This document shows positions 22,401 to 32,928 of a DNA stretch of 64,000 nucleotides, one piece after another. The stretch comes from Rebecca billardiae RCC1528 (Eukaryota; Protista; Haptophyta). The notes under the pieces are model-generated. The model saw only the letters and a list, made by a program, of their open reading frames with translations. It was not told the DNA's origin and searched no databases. Position numbers and translations under genes: made by a program. Numbering within the stretch: the first letter of the stretch is position 1; each line of letters begins with the position of its first letter. The DNA lies in the NCBI GenBank assembly GCA_965240325.2, contig OZ251224.1, forward strand, positions 310,001 through 374,000, written 5' to 3'.

Positions 22401-23462
22401 GAGCCGCTCATCGTCGCCGCGCTCTCGGACAGCGCGCGCGCGCGGCCGAGCGCCGCGCGGCTCGAGGGCGCCGCGCTGTTTGGCGCGAGCGACGAGGCGC
22501 TGCGCGAGGCGGAGGCGGCGCGCGCGGCGGCGGCGGCGGCGCGCGCCGCGTGCGTTGTCTGCCTGGACGACGTGCCCCCCGCGCACGGCGTCGACTGCGC
22601 GGGCGACGCGCCGCCCGCCGACGCCCCGGCGCACCACTTCGTCTGCGACGAGTGCCTCTCCGCGCACGTGCTCAGCTGCGCCGAGCCTGACGTGGGCGGC
22701 GGCGGCGGGCGGCGGCTGGACGAGGACGGCTGCGTGCGCTGCGTCGGCGGCGGCTGCGAGCGCACCTACCTCGACTCGACCCTCGCGCGCCACGCGACGC
22801 GCGCCGCGTTCGACGCGTACTGGCGCGCGCGCGAGCGGCGCACCGAGGCCAAGGCCGAGGCGGGCGTCGAGCTGCGCGTGCGCGAGGAGCTCGCGCGCCG
22901 CACGCCGGCCGGGCAGGGCGGCGCGGCGGCGCGGCGGCGGCACATCGTCGAGGAGATCCTCACGCTCAAGTGCCCGCGCTGCTCCATGGCGTTTGCTGAG
23001 TGGCTGGACGGTGAGCGCGGCTTCAACGGCTGCTGCGCGCTCAAGTGCGCGCGCGAGCGCTGCGGCTGCCGCTTCTGCGCCTACTGCCTCGCCGACTGCG
23101 GCGACGACGCGGCGGCCGCGCACGCGCACGTGCGCGAGTGCGCGCAGGGCAACGGATCGTGGTGGGCTTCGAACGCCGAGTTCGCCGCCGCGCAGCACCG
23201 CCGCCGCGTGCGCGAGCTCCGCGCGTACCTCGACGCCGAGGCGGGCGAGGACGGCGCCGCGCGCTCCGCCACCCTCCGCTCCGTCGAGCGCGAGCTGCGC
23301 GACCTGCAGATCGAGCTGGTCGAGGGCGCAGACGGCGCGCTCGAGCTCAAGGCCGCCACGCAGGTGCCGGTCGACGGCGTGCGCGCACAGTCCAAGCTGA
23401 TGGCGCGCTTCTTCGGCGCGCAGAACGTCGTGCAGGGCCGCGCGCCGCGGCCGTGGGACTGA
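19464..23462 (+). CDS. Intronless WD40 (7 repeats) - helical/coiled region - protein kinase - RING - IBR/RING2-like fusion protein
   Basis: Seven GH...WD-type repeats (one degenerate); VVLKEY, HGDLKLEN, LADFD, MAPE, TDVFAFG; CVVC...HHFVCDEC...C; TLKCPRC...CCALKC...CGCRFCAYC...HAHVREC. Confidence 0.88.
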   Translation: MTMEGCVRKLEGHSECVHSVAISSADGGGRWALSASYDTTLRLWDLQSGECVRTLEGHEDWIRTAAIASSDGGCRWAVSASRDRTLRLWDLQAGTCVRVLEDLTADSLFYVAISAADGGCRWAVAAAGKTLLLCDLQAGACVRTIEGHTSYVNAVELSEADGGRRWAVSASADKTLRLWDLQSWDLQRGACVRTLEGHSGFVYAVAISHADGGCHWAVSASADTTLRLWDLQSGATVCTLEGHTSPVLSVALCDADGGCRWAVSASYDGSVRLWDVQGAACVHAFEGHTGCVYSVAVAASDGCLRAALSASFDGTVCVWDLAQGQGQGQGQAQGPEHGALAHAPAAGGAGGADGADGAGAGAGGGLVDTLDGMRRAAEEARAALQGCQDRIRASLGAGGGVDEALVAARDACRARLAAALERLGADALSERKHGAAAMRQEARVLRAALAEELAAGGGGGGGGAAAPSGAAALARACVAALRAHDAWLDAGRTDGAARGAVACAWALARAWAEHLEPPAAPAAPRPPAESDDAAGARAWARALRALEARVGAGRLLDAAAERAAECERSAALAEGARELARAAEAELRAVRALPSADVARGAELREREDEARRTTRALRAERRRLEDAEEEAASGEGGAAEVERARRAVLDAQRAAQAAQRGREQAVDRLYEWAGGPFPELPAVLPELFSGAGALPAGARPALLHGRALEQYGRVEWPAGAAPGVARHPILLCEYAAERVVLKEYPLGSDTERRRLEREVAVARAHAHPNVARACGVFLQPSAQGGGHARAYVQAPLYSGGTLRGWLEREPPPPADATRGASPAALYDPRHPAVAPVRVRALRQLLSAVAHLHARQVVHGDLKLENALVQLPGDDASGEPLARGEAFRVRLADFDLARADGDDDGGGGGGAAASATTRAGGGTDGHMAPELLAGGRASAATDVFAFGVCVLRALAADEPTRAAVLGSLAGARRAAAALGEPLIVAALSDSARARPSAARLEGAALFGASDEALREAEAARAAAAAARAACVVCLDDVPPAHGVDCAGDAPPADAPAHHFVCDECLSAHVLSCAEPDVGGGGGRRLDEDGCVRCVGGGCERTYLDSTLARHATRAAFDAYWRARERRTEAKAEAGVELRVREELARRTPAGQGGAAARRRHIVEEILTLKCPRCSMAFAEWLDGERGFNGCCALKCARERCGCRFCAYCLADCGDDAAAAHAHVRECAQGNGSWWASNAEFAAAQHRRRVRELRAYLDAEAGEDGAARSATLRSVERELRDLQIELVEGADGALELKAATQVPVDGVRAQSKLMARFFGAQNVVQGRAPRPWD

Positions 23463-23759
23463 CGGGCGCGGCGCCGCGCCACCGGGAGCGACTACGGCGA
23501 TGAGCAGCAGGACGAGGCTACTTTACTCCAGGACGAGGAGGCGGGCGCGCCGCCGCGGGCGTCACGCGCGCGGCATGCAATATTGATGCGCATGCCGCCA
23601 GGCGTGTGCTGACTGACGCCGCAACGCCCGTGATGCCATATCAATCATCCACCGGGCCGGCCCTACCGACTACCGCGAGTGCAAGTCTGAAGTCATCAGC
23701 GACTGCCATCATCCAGACTGCTGTGTGGATATGATGCTGATGATGATCATGCATATATC

Positions 23760-26170
23760 ATGACCGCGTTCCGCGGTCCTTCCGTAGAACCAACGCAGTT
23801 AGAGGCCCGCGGTGCACCCTCCGTCGGCCGTCGGCTGTCACTGTCAGTCTGACATGTGTAACAGTTCGCCTGAGGACTGTCGCCGCGCGGGCCGCGCGCG
23901 GGGAAGCGGCCGCTGGGGCGGCGCGCGCGCGCAGGGCGAGAGGCGCCGCGCGGCGCGGGCCGGCGCGTGCGCGCGTGCGGGCGCACCTGCTTGAGGTGCT
24001 CGCGCTGCGCCATGCGCTCGACGACGGGCCGCTGGTCGCTCAGCCGGCGCGCCTCGTGCCGGCAGAGCGAGAGCGCGCGCCACTCGGCTGCCCTGGCCTG
24101 CCGCTGCGCAGCCGCGCACCGAGACCGAGCGAGCGGAGCTCGGGGTGGAACGAGGCCAGCGGCGCGTCGCGCCTGCCGCGGCGCGTGCGCGCCTGCTCCA
24201 CCGCGCCGCCGTGCTCGCCCGCCGCCTCCTCCGCCGCGTCGGCGGCCTCGAAGACGGCGGCGGCCAGCCAACGGCAGGCTCGGAGCCTGTGCGCGCTCCT
24301 GAACCGGCGCCGATCGCCTCGACGGCCGTCTACTCCGCACAGCTGGCTGCTCGAGCTGCTGCACGGGGCGTCGCGACGAGGGCGCCGCGCGCGCCCAGCG
24401 CGTCCGTCGCCGCGTCGCGCAGCGCGTCGCGCTCGGCGTCGCGCTTCGCCAGCTCGGCGCACAGCGCCTCCGCGCGCACGTGCTGGCATGCACGGCCTGT
24501 CTGTCAGTGTCTGTGTGCCTGTGACGCCGCCCATCTGCGCGCGCAGCTCGGCTGCAGCTCGGCTGCAGCTCGACGGCGGACTCGTCGCGGCTGGCGGCGA
24601 GGGTGCGCAACGCGTCGACGGCCGAGGCCTGCAGCCCGGTGATCGCCGCGTCGACGCGCGCGGCGCATTCCCAGCGCAGCTCCTCGCGCTACGTGGCCGC
24701 CGCTTGCGTGCAGCAGTGTCTTGCGAGCGTTCGGGACTGGCTGGCTGCTCGTCCTCACGCTGCTGCACCTCAGCGCCGCCGTCGACCGAGTTGAGGAGGA
24801 GCTCGCGCTCGGCGTCGAGGAGCGAGCTCGCGTGCTCGAGCTCGCCCTTCAGCTGCGCGAACTCCGGGCGCATCCGGCTCATCTCCGCTGCGTGCTCGGC
24901 GCGCTCACTCATCCTCGAAGCGTCCGAGCGACAAGCTCGTGAGCGTGCTCCGGACTCGGCTCGCCCTTGCGCGCTCCTCCTCGAGCGACGAACACGCCCG
25001 CGGGCAGGCTGTTGCCCGCCGCCTCCGCCGCGATCTCGCCGCCCCCGCCGCCGCGATCTCGTCGCGCATGCTTTGCAGCGGGGCGCTGTGGGCGCGCCGT
25101 CGGCACGGCCTGGCGACGGACCGGACCGAGCGAGACGCGCGCGACGCCTCGGGGAGAGCCGGAGCGGAGCGCGAGGGCGAGAGCAGAGCGCGAGGGGGAG
25201 ACCAGCGGCCGGCCGGCTCCCGCCACCGCGCGCGCACCGCGGCGTACGCGGCGCCGACACGCACGTCCCCGGTCAGGGCGCCGCAGCGACGAAGCGAACG
25301 CGAACGAGCGAGCGAGCAGCTCGAGAGTCGAGGGCCGTCCGTGCTCGGTCGAATAAGTGAGCGTAGGGCGCGCGCCTGGCGGCTCCCAGTATCCAACTTA
25401 TTGCGAATAGGTAGCAAAACTTGATCACTTCCAAGTGCCCGTGTATGGCCTATGTTTCCAGCACCAAGTGATGCATCGGTAAATAACAGCGCGCCGCGCG
25501 CGCACGCAGTACGCCGACATGCAGTAGTTGAGGAGGACCCTGACCATGCACATCAACATGCACTTTCAAAAGGTTGCGCTTAGGCCCGGTTTGTAGGCGG
25601 GTAACTTGTTACGTTTTAACAAGCCGCCATAGGCGCCATTCAAAGAATCTCGTTTAACATTAGTGCACAGGCGGTTCATCCATCGAGGCAGGCGGGTAAT
25701 ATGGTTGAACAAGCGCTATTCAAAAGAATCTCTTTTAATATTATAGGGCGGTTCATCCATCGAGACAGGCGGGTAGGTGTTTAAACAAAGCGCTATTCAG
25801 AAGCATCTGGCCTCATAGCTGTTTTCGACCCAAAACAATCAAACGTCGCTCGGCAAACTCGTACTCCAGCAATCCAGCATACAAGAATGACAAAAATACT
25901 CACTTGTTTCACCCCCGGGGTATCTGATCCCACGTCCGCCCATCGACTTATGCGGAATGGCGTGGGCGCGCTTATTTCGTCAAGCGCGTAGTTGCTAATG
26001 CAGAGCACTATGGGCCAACGTACCCCTCGAAAAAGCGAAAACTCACCCTCCAACACCCCTCAAAATCGTCCCCCGTCCCCTTTTCTTTGATCAAAAGATC
26101 TTTTTGACAACGTAGTGAGGGCCCCCGGCGGGGCTCCACGCTAAGCGCTCCGCCCTACACCGCGGGCCAT
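23760..26170 (-). mobile_element. Non-autonomous Helitron2/Helentron-like element, subfamily 1, copy 1, with captured coding fragments
   Basis: Terminal CACCGCGGGCC (26158-26168) is the inverse of subterminal GGCCCGCGGTG (23804-23814); terminal hairpin GACCGCG-TTC-CGCGGTC (23762-23778); ends and cargo shared with 37695-39490 and 55981-58672. Confidence 0.75.
25596..25800. repeat. Degenerate ~75-90-bp tandem repeat (about 2.5 copies) inside element copy 1
   Basis: Recurring GGCGGGTA...AACAAG...ATTCAAAGAATCTC...GGCGGTTCATCCATCGAG. Confidence 0.75.
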
Positions 26171-26501
26171 GATGGCGGGTCAGCGCATGTCATAGCCCGC
26201 CACCCTGCTCACCCTGGGCCTGGCCGCCCGCGCACGGCGGCTCACTCCGCCGAGCCCGAGACCGAGTCACTCCGCCGAGACTCCGCGCGCCCGCGCCCGC
26301 GGGCCGCGGGCCCGCCGAGCAATGTGAGCAGTAGTGCCAGCAGAGTCGTGCGGTAGTCCTAGTAGTATAGCTCATCGGCAGCAGCAGCAGCCCGCGAGAC
26401 GACTCTGGTCGTCGCCGCAGCGTGCTGCGCAGACGGATGGCGACGGCGCAGCCGTTCGGCCAGCCGCTCTCGAGGTCCTCAGCACACTGGCACACTGTCA
26501 C

Positions 26502-27890
26502 TCACCAGCTGATGGCGTCGATCTCCGCCTGCGTGGGCTGGCGGCGCTGCTTCGTGCGCGCGTCCTCCGCCGACGCGTCGTCCGCGGCGTACTCGTCGAA
26601 GGAGCGCAGCAGCGCGAAGCCGTCGGCCGTGCGCTTGAGCGCCTGCCACGGCTCCCCGTACCGCATCCCCAGGTGGCCGCGCTCCTTGACGCTCATCGAC
26701 GGCCGCTTCACCAGGTACATGCCGCGCGCGAGGAACACCTGCTGGAAGCCGCGCAGGAAGGCGGCGTGCATCGACGTCTCCTTGATGCCGAAGGTGTAGC
26801 GCAGCTGCGTGTCGTCCAGCTCGGGGTTGACGATGATCCACGTCGCGTCGGGCACCTTGGCGTGCGCCTGCATCAGCGCGAGCACGACCGCGTCGCCGCG
26901 CGAGTTGCGCGGCCGCACGACGACGTACGCATCACACGGCGAGTCGGCGCTCACGCGCGGGCAGTAGTCGTGCGCGGGCCGGCGCTCCGGGCCGCACTGC
27001 ATGGTGTTGAGGCCGCGCGCCTCGTCGCGCGTGACCGGCTTGTTCGCCAGCGCGCAGAACTGCATCGCGCCCTCGGGCGGCGGCTCGCCGTACAGCTGCG
27101 CGTACGCGGCCTCCGCCGAGGCGGCCGCGCCCGCGCTGTCAAACAGCAGCATCGTCGAGCGGCCCGCGCCGAGGATCGGGCGCGCGAGCTCGAAGGCGAG
27201 GAGGTAGAGGAGGCGCTCGTCGAGGGAGCACGCCGACTCGAGGCGCGGGTTGAGCCCGGGCAGCAGCGCCTCGCACCGCAGCATCCGCTGCCCGTCCTCG
27301 AGCGCGCGCATGAGCGACACGGACGCCTGCACGGCCGCGTGCCCGACCGTGCGCGGCACGGCGCACAGCCAGTACTGACACTCGTCGGGCTCGCCGTGCG
27401 CGCTCACGCGGGTGCTGCGCCCGACGAGGCCCTGCGCCTCGTCCCGAAAGCGCAGGCTGTACACGCGGCCCACGTCGATCTGCAGCGACACCGTCTCGCC
27501 GCCCGCGGCCGCGGTGAACCGGCCGCCGGCGCCGCCCTCGGGCCACACGCCGTCCGCGCCCGCGTCAAACGGTTCGGAGGCGTACTCGAGGGTGAGCCCT
27601 TCGGGCACGCGCACCGTCGTCTCGAGAAGGACGCGCTGCGCCGGCTGCACCGACCCCATCGACACCGGCGGCGCGCCCGCCTCGAACTCGGACCACCACT
27701 TGTCCTTGGGCTCCACGGGCGTCGGCTCGGGCAGCGGCACCGCGCCGACGTCCGCGAGGACGACGGCCGGCGCGAGCGGCGCGAGGCGCTGCACGAGAGG
27801 AGGCGTAAGGGCGCTCCTGCCCAGAGGGGCGCCCGGCATCACCCAACCCACCCCGCCCGCGAGGACGAGCGCCGCGAGCGCGCCGCACAT
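26502..27890 (-). CDS. DUF1995-family (LPA3-like) protein, probably plastid-targeted
   Basis: Hydrophobic N-terminus MCGALAALVLAGG; ALEDGQRMLRCEALLPGLNP; WIIVNPEL; GHLGMRYGEPWQ; QPTQAEID. Confidence 0.7.
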   Translation of the reverse strand: MCGALAALVLAGGVGWVMPGAPLGRSALTPPLVQRLAPLAPAVVLADVGAVPLPEPTPVEPKDKWWSEFEAGAPPVSMGSVQPAQRVLLETTVRVPEGLTLEYASEPFDAGADGVWPEGGAGGRFTAAAGGETVSLQIDVGRVYSLRFRDEAQGLVGRSTRVSAHGEPDECQYWLCAVPRTVGHAAVQASVSLMRALEDGQRMLRCEALLPGLNPRLESACSLDERLLYLLAFELARPILGAGRSTMLLFDSAGAAASAEAAYAQLYGEPPPEGAMQFCALANKPVTRDEARGLNTMQCGPERRPAHDYCPRVSADSPCDAYVVVRPRNSRGDAVVLALMQAHAKVPDATWIIVNPELDDTQLRYTFGIKETSMHAAFLRGFQQVFLARGMYLVKRPSMSVKERGHLGMRYGEPWQALKRTADGFALLRSFDEYAADDASAEDARTKQRRQPTQAEIDAISW

Positions 27891-28167
27891 CGCGTCGAGA
27901 GCGCTCTCGCCGGACCTCGCCGACGCCGCCGGTCGTTGTTCGGCCAAGGGTGGTTCGGCGCGGAGCTCATGCGCGGTAAATCCGGCAATTACATTACTGC
28001 GTGGCTGCACCGCCCTCGGTTGGTGGCTGGCTGGCTGGCTGCGAAAAAGGCGGACGATCGCCATGCTGCTTTTGCTCGGCCGTAGCCATCGGCACCGCCG
28101 TGGGCCGTTGTGGCGCGCGCTGTGCTCGGGCGCGCGGCCGCCAGCCAGCCCGCCGCCGCTGCCCTCG

Positions 28168-29508
28168 ATGAGCAGCATCGTGCGCGCGCGGCGCACCGCC
28201 GAGGCGCACGAGCTCGCGCTGCACGTCGCACGCGAGCGGCGGCGCGCAGACGAGCGGCGCCGCTTTGGCCTCCCGCTGTTCGAGTTTGTCCTCGGCGGCG
28301 CGTTGGCGGCGGGCTGGTGGGCGTGGACGTTCTCCGAGGAGGTGGACGCGAGCCTCGCCCGCCTCCTCCCCGAGCCGCTGCCGCCGCCGCCCGCCATCCC
28401 GCCCCTCGTCGCCTCGCTCGTGCACGGGCGCTGGGATGAGGCGGGCGAGGGCGCGCGCTCGGCGCCCTCGGCGTGGCGGCGGCGGCGGCGGCTCTTCGTG
28501 TACGGGCGGCCGTGGGAGGCGGCGGAGGTGCGCTGCGCGGAGTGCCGACGCTCGCTCGCGCGCGCCGACGAGCCGTGCTTCCTCGACCTCGACGCCGCCT
28601 CGGGCGCCGAGGTGCTGCTGTGCGGGCAGCACTACGCGGCGCGGCACTGCGCGCAGTGCGCGGTGTGCGGCGGCGCGTTCAGCGCGGGCGATGCGCCCGT
28701 GCTGCTGCAGAGCGGCGACGCGATGTGCGTCGCGCACGTGCACGAGCGGCCGTGCTACTCGTGCGGCCGCCCGCTCGGCCGCGCCGACGCCGCGCGCCGC
28801 CCCCTCTGCACCCAGTGCCGCTCAGAGGCCGTGGTGAGCGCCGAGTCTGCGCGCTCGCTGCTGGCCGAGCACAAGGCGTGGTTCAGGGCGCTCGGGCTCG
28901 ACTTTGGGCGGTGGCAGCCCGCCGAGCTGAGGCTGGTGGACGCGCCGCCCAGGACGGGGCAGATCGACGCGGGCGGCCACCTCGAGGGGCTCACCATCCG
29001 CTCAGGGCCGGACGGCGCCCGCGCCCAGCGCCGCGGCGTCGGGCTCGGCGGCGGCTCGGCGCGCGCCGACGCGCCGCCGCCGGACGAGACGGCAGGCCGC
29101 AGCGTGCGCAGGATCGAGCTGCTGCACGGCCTCCCGCGTGTGCACGCCGGGCAGGTGCTCGCGCACGAGCTGGCGCACGCGTGGCTCTGGCTGCAGGGCG
29201 TGCCGCCCCTCGAGCGCCGCACGGAGGAGGGCGTGTGTGAGCTGCTCGCCTACCTCTGGCTGCTGAGCGAGGACGCGCGGCTGGAGGCGGCCACGCGCCG
29301 CGGCCTCGGCGCGAGCGGCGCGGCCTCGGCCGACGACGGCACGCGCAGGCGCGAGGTGCTGCAGCGCATCCGCGTGATGGAGCTCAACCAGCGGGCCGGG
29401 GGCGTGTACGGCGGGGGCTTCCGCGACGCGCTGCAAGCGGCCGAGCGGTACGGCCTGCGCGCCGTCCTCGCCCACGTCCGCGAGCATGGCCAGCTGCCCA
29501 AGCCGTAG
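28168..29508 (+). CDS. DA1-like protein (LIM-like zinc fingers plus DA1 zincin peptidase)
   Basis: Several CxxC/H pairs; LLHGLPRVHAGQVLAHELAHAWL...TEEGVCELLAYLWL...VYGGGFR. Confidence 0.88.
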   Translation: MSSIVRARRTAEAHELALHVARERRRADERRRFGLPLFEFVLGGALAAGWWAWTFSEEVDASLARLLPEPLPPPPAIPPLVASLVHGRWDEAGEGARSAPSAWRRRRRLFVYGRPWEAAEVRCAECRRSLARADEPCFLDLDAASGAEVLLCGQHYAARHCAQCAVCGGAFSAGDAPVLLQSGDAMCVAHVHERPCYSCGRPLGRADAARRPLCTQCRSEAVVSAESARSLLAEHKAWFRALGLDFGRWQPAELRLVDAPPRTGQIDAGGHLEGLTIRSGPDGARAQRRGVGLGGGSARADAPPPDETAGRSVRRIELLHGLPRVHAGQVLAHELAHAWLWLQGVPPLERRTEEGVCELLAYLWLLSEDARLEAATRRGLGASGAASADDGTRRREVLQRIRVMELNQRAGGVYGGGFRDALQAAERYGLRAVLAHVREHGQLPKP

Positions 29509-29631
29509 GCTGCATGCCCGTAGACCTGCAGGCGACTGGCGGAGCGCGGAGCGCGCTGCGCGGGCTCATCTGCATCTTCGTCAAGACAGTCTTCGTCGTA
29601 CGTGGGACGAACTGTATACTCACTCTCATAG

Positions 29632-31859
29632 CAAGGGTGTCCAGGGTCCGCAACAGCCAGTGCGCAGCGCGGCAGAGGCTGTGTCATCGCGAGGTCGCCG
29701 CTCGCCAGTGGCACTCGCCCGCCCACCGCCGTGCACGGCGGCGGAGCCGCTCGCGCCGTGCGCTCCTGCGGCCGTCGGATCGGGCTGCGTAGGCGGCGCG
29801 CGGCTTGGGCCGTCGCAGAGCCACCCAGCGCCCCTCTCTGCGCCGCGCGCCTTCCTCGTCCTCGCCTCCTCCGCGCCTTGGAGCAGCACGCACACGCGCG
29901 GCGCCGCACAAAGGCAGCCCAGGCGCTCGCGTGCAAGCGTGCGCGCGCGCAGCGCGACGGGCTCGACTCGGGGCTCGCGCCGCTGCGGGGGCATGCAGCA
30001 CCATCCCATGCGCGCGCGACGCCACCTCGAACCCGCGCATCGCTGTGACCGTCACGCGCCAAATGCTCACACGTCCTCGTGTTATAAAGTAGGCCCAATC
30101 TGACCAGAACCTGCCATGCGTCAGGACAACTTCTTAGGCAAGACACGATGACAGCTACGACGCGGCGCTTCTCAGCAAGCGTGGAGACCACAAGAGAAGC
30201 GCATGCAAGCATGACCGTCTCCGCATCGATCGCGTCGACGCACTCAAGGCCCATTGTGGAAGCTTCCGTCGCACGTGTGATGATGCCAAGTCAGACCATT
30301 TTGTAACGTGCATCAGCGTGCACTGACGGTCAAACGCGCAGGCTCGAGGTGGCGTCGCGCGCGCATGTGATAGCACTGCATGTCCCCGCAGAGGCTCGAA
30401 CACCGAGTCGAGTCCGTCGCGCGCTGCGCGCGCGCGCTTGCACGCGAGCGCCTGCGCTGCTTTTGTGGCGGCGCCGCGCGTGTGCGTGCTGCTTCAAGGC
30501 GCGGAGGAGGCGAGGACGAGGAAGGCGCGCGGCGCAGCGAGGGGCGCTGGGTGGCTCAGCGACGGCCCAAGCCGCGCGCCGCCTACGCAGCCCGATCCGA
30601 CGGCCGCAGGAGCGCACGGCGCGAGCGGCTCCGCCGCCGTGCACGGCGGCGGGCGGGCGAGTCCCACTGGCGAGCGGCGACCTCGCGATGTCACAGCCTC
30701 TGCCGCGCTGCGCACTGGCTGTTGCGGACCCTGGCAAGGGAGTCAAGGGTGCCCGCGCCCCAGTGGCGCGCTCGGCGGATGTTGGGATACACCTTTTTGC
30801 CCGCGGCCCTGCGGCGGCGGCGGCGATGGCGTGCTCCGCTGGCGGGGCGAGCGCACGGGGCACGGCGCTGCGGGCGCGGATGTGCCCGCGAAGCCGGCGC
30901 GTGCGGACGGGCTGTTGCGGGAGAGTATCGGGCGCCCTCCTGCGCCGCGCGACTTGCGCCACGCCTCTTTCGCCTCGGCTCAGAGCAGCGCGCACGCACG
31001 CGCCGCCTCAAGGCCAGCCTTGCCGCGCCGCAGCCGACCGCGCGCGCGCCGTGCGCGGCGTGGTCGGGAAGGAACGGGCGCTGCTGCCGGGCGAGATGGC
31101 GACGTCATGGGCGCACGCCATGCCGCCCCGCGGCGCCGCGAAAGAGCACGAGAACGGATCCGCACAGCTGTTGACGAGTGCTGATTTCTTGCCGTGCCTG
31201 AAGCCAGACCTGAGCTCGAAGAAGATGATGAAAGAGCATCAGCGCGAGGAAAGCGTCGCACCCAGCACTTCTACATGACCACGCGGTGATGAACATTCAT
31301 GTAAGAGTAGCCCGCGTGCCCGTCTGGCACTGTTCTGTGTCTCAATGATCGTCCCGACAACGGTCACGACCGCGAGGCAGTGCACACCATTTGTGACAAG
31401 TCGAAAAGGCGTGCAAACGGACCGACGACACTCTCGTCAAGGCGTGGCGGGGCGGCATGGCGTGCGCCTATGACGTCGCCATCTCGCCCGGCAGCAGCGC
31501 CCGTTCCTTCCCGACCACGCCGCGCACGGCGCGCGCGCGGTCGGCTGCGGCGCGGCAAGGCTGGCCTTGAGGCGGCGCGTGCGTGCGCGCTGCTCTGAGC
31601 CGAGGCGAAAGAGGCGTGGCGCAAGTCGCGCGGCGCAGGAGGGCGCCAGATGCTCTCCCGCAACAGCCCGTCCGCACGCGCCGGCTTCGCGGGCACATCC
31701 GCGCCCGCAGCGCCGTGCCCCGTGCGCTCGCCCCGCCAGCGGAGCACGCCATCGCCGCCGCCGCCGCAGGGCCGCGGGCAAAAAGGTGTATCCCAACATC
31801 CGCCGAGCGCGCCACTGGGGCGCGGGCACCCTTGACTCCCTTGACCCTGGACACCCTTG
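29632..31859. mobile_element. Foldback DNA element A with ~400-bp TIRs (CAAGGGTGTCCAGGG ends), P/Galileo-like; right TIR interrupted by element B
   Basis: 29632-30039 is the inverse of 30336-30734 plus 31851-31859, with scattered mismatches; no TSD at the outer ends. Confidence 0.75.
30735..31843. mobile_element. Foldback DNA element B with ~400-bp near-identical TIRs (CAAGGGAGTCAAGGG) and a 7-bp TSD ACCCTGG
   Basis: 30735-31137 is the inverse of 31441-31843; ACCCTGG at 30728-30734 and 31844-31850. Confidence 0.88.
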
Positions 31860-31938
31860 CCCGCACCCGGCTCGTGGCGGCAGGATGGCGATCAAGTGGC
31901 GCGTGGCCGGCGTGCGGCCCGAGAGAAACGTGACTTGG

Positions 31939-32928
31939 GCGCCGCTCGCCGCGCTGGCGGGGCGGCAGGGACCCATACGCGCCTTCGAGCCCCCGGCGCC
32001 CGCGTGCGCATCGGCTTCCTCCGCCTGCGAGTCGCCCGCGACCGCGGCCGCCGCGCTCTTTGAGTGGGTTGACCGCGCCCAAGCCTGCTCGCCGCCGAGC
32101 GCAGGGATGAGTTGAGCGCGGCGCGAGGCGGCGATCGCGGTCGGGCGATCGCGTGAGCCCATCTGCGCCCCATTTGCCACGGCGCGAAAACTTCAGCATG
32201 CTCATGTGACCCCACTTGTCATTGTTGTCTCATGTCAGGTAGCAGGTGAGCACTGTCGGCCAGCATGTCCGCGCGCGCGCGCTCGCGCGCGCGCGCAGGG
32301 CTCTACAGGTCGGATGCCTCTCCGTGGCGTCTCGTGATGTCTGCACTACGCAAACTGGCTGGAACGATTGGTCCGCATCTGTAGTTCTGTGACGCCTGCC
32401 GTGTTCGCGACGAGAACTCAAGCAAGTTCTTCTGGCAACCAGAGTTGCCGTCAGCATTGACGCACGTTGCGAGCTGGCAGAGAAGTGAAGGGCATGCCCT
32501 GGTGGCCCACGCTGGGCAATACACTGCAATCGGCATGCCCTGATGGCAACTAGGGACGTGTTTCCGACCCGTCTGGCCCTGCGTAGGCGCGGCGCGGGCG
32601 GACACGCTGGCCGACAGTGCTCGCCTGCTACCCGACATCCATGACAAGTGGGGTCACATAAGCATGCTGAAGCTTTCGCGCCGTGGCAAATGGGGCGCAG
32701 ATGGGCTCACGCGATCGCCCGACCGCGATCGCCGCCTCGCGCCGCGCTCAACTCATCCCTGCGCTCGGCGGCGAGCAGGCTCGGGCGCGGTCAACCCACT
32801 CAAAGAGCGCGGCGGCCGCCCGCGGTCGCGGGCGACTCGCAGGCGGAGGAAGCCGATGCGCACGCGGGCGCCGGGGGCTCGAAGGCGCGCATGGGTCCCT
32901 GCCGCCCCGCCAGCGCGGCGCGCGGCGC
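31939..32928. repeat. Inverted repeat pair C (~285-bp arms, ~420-bp spacer)
   Basis: 31939-32222 is the inverse of 32641-32928. Confidence 0.85.

Noticed and set aside
19173-23198. N-terminal ~1340 aa of the 1855-aa minus-strand ORF
   Set aside because: Antisense shadow of the GC-rich WD40-kinase gene; only the part from 19172 downward (tepsin) is real
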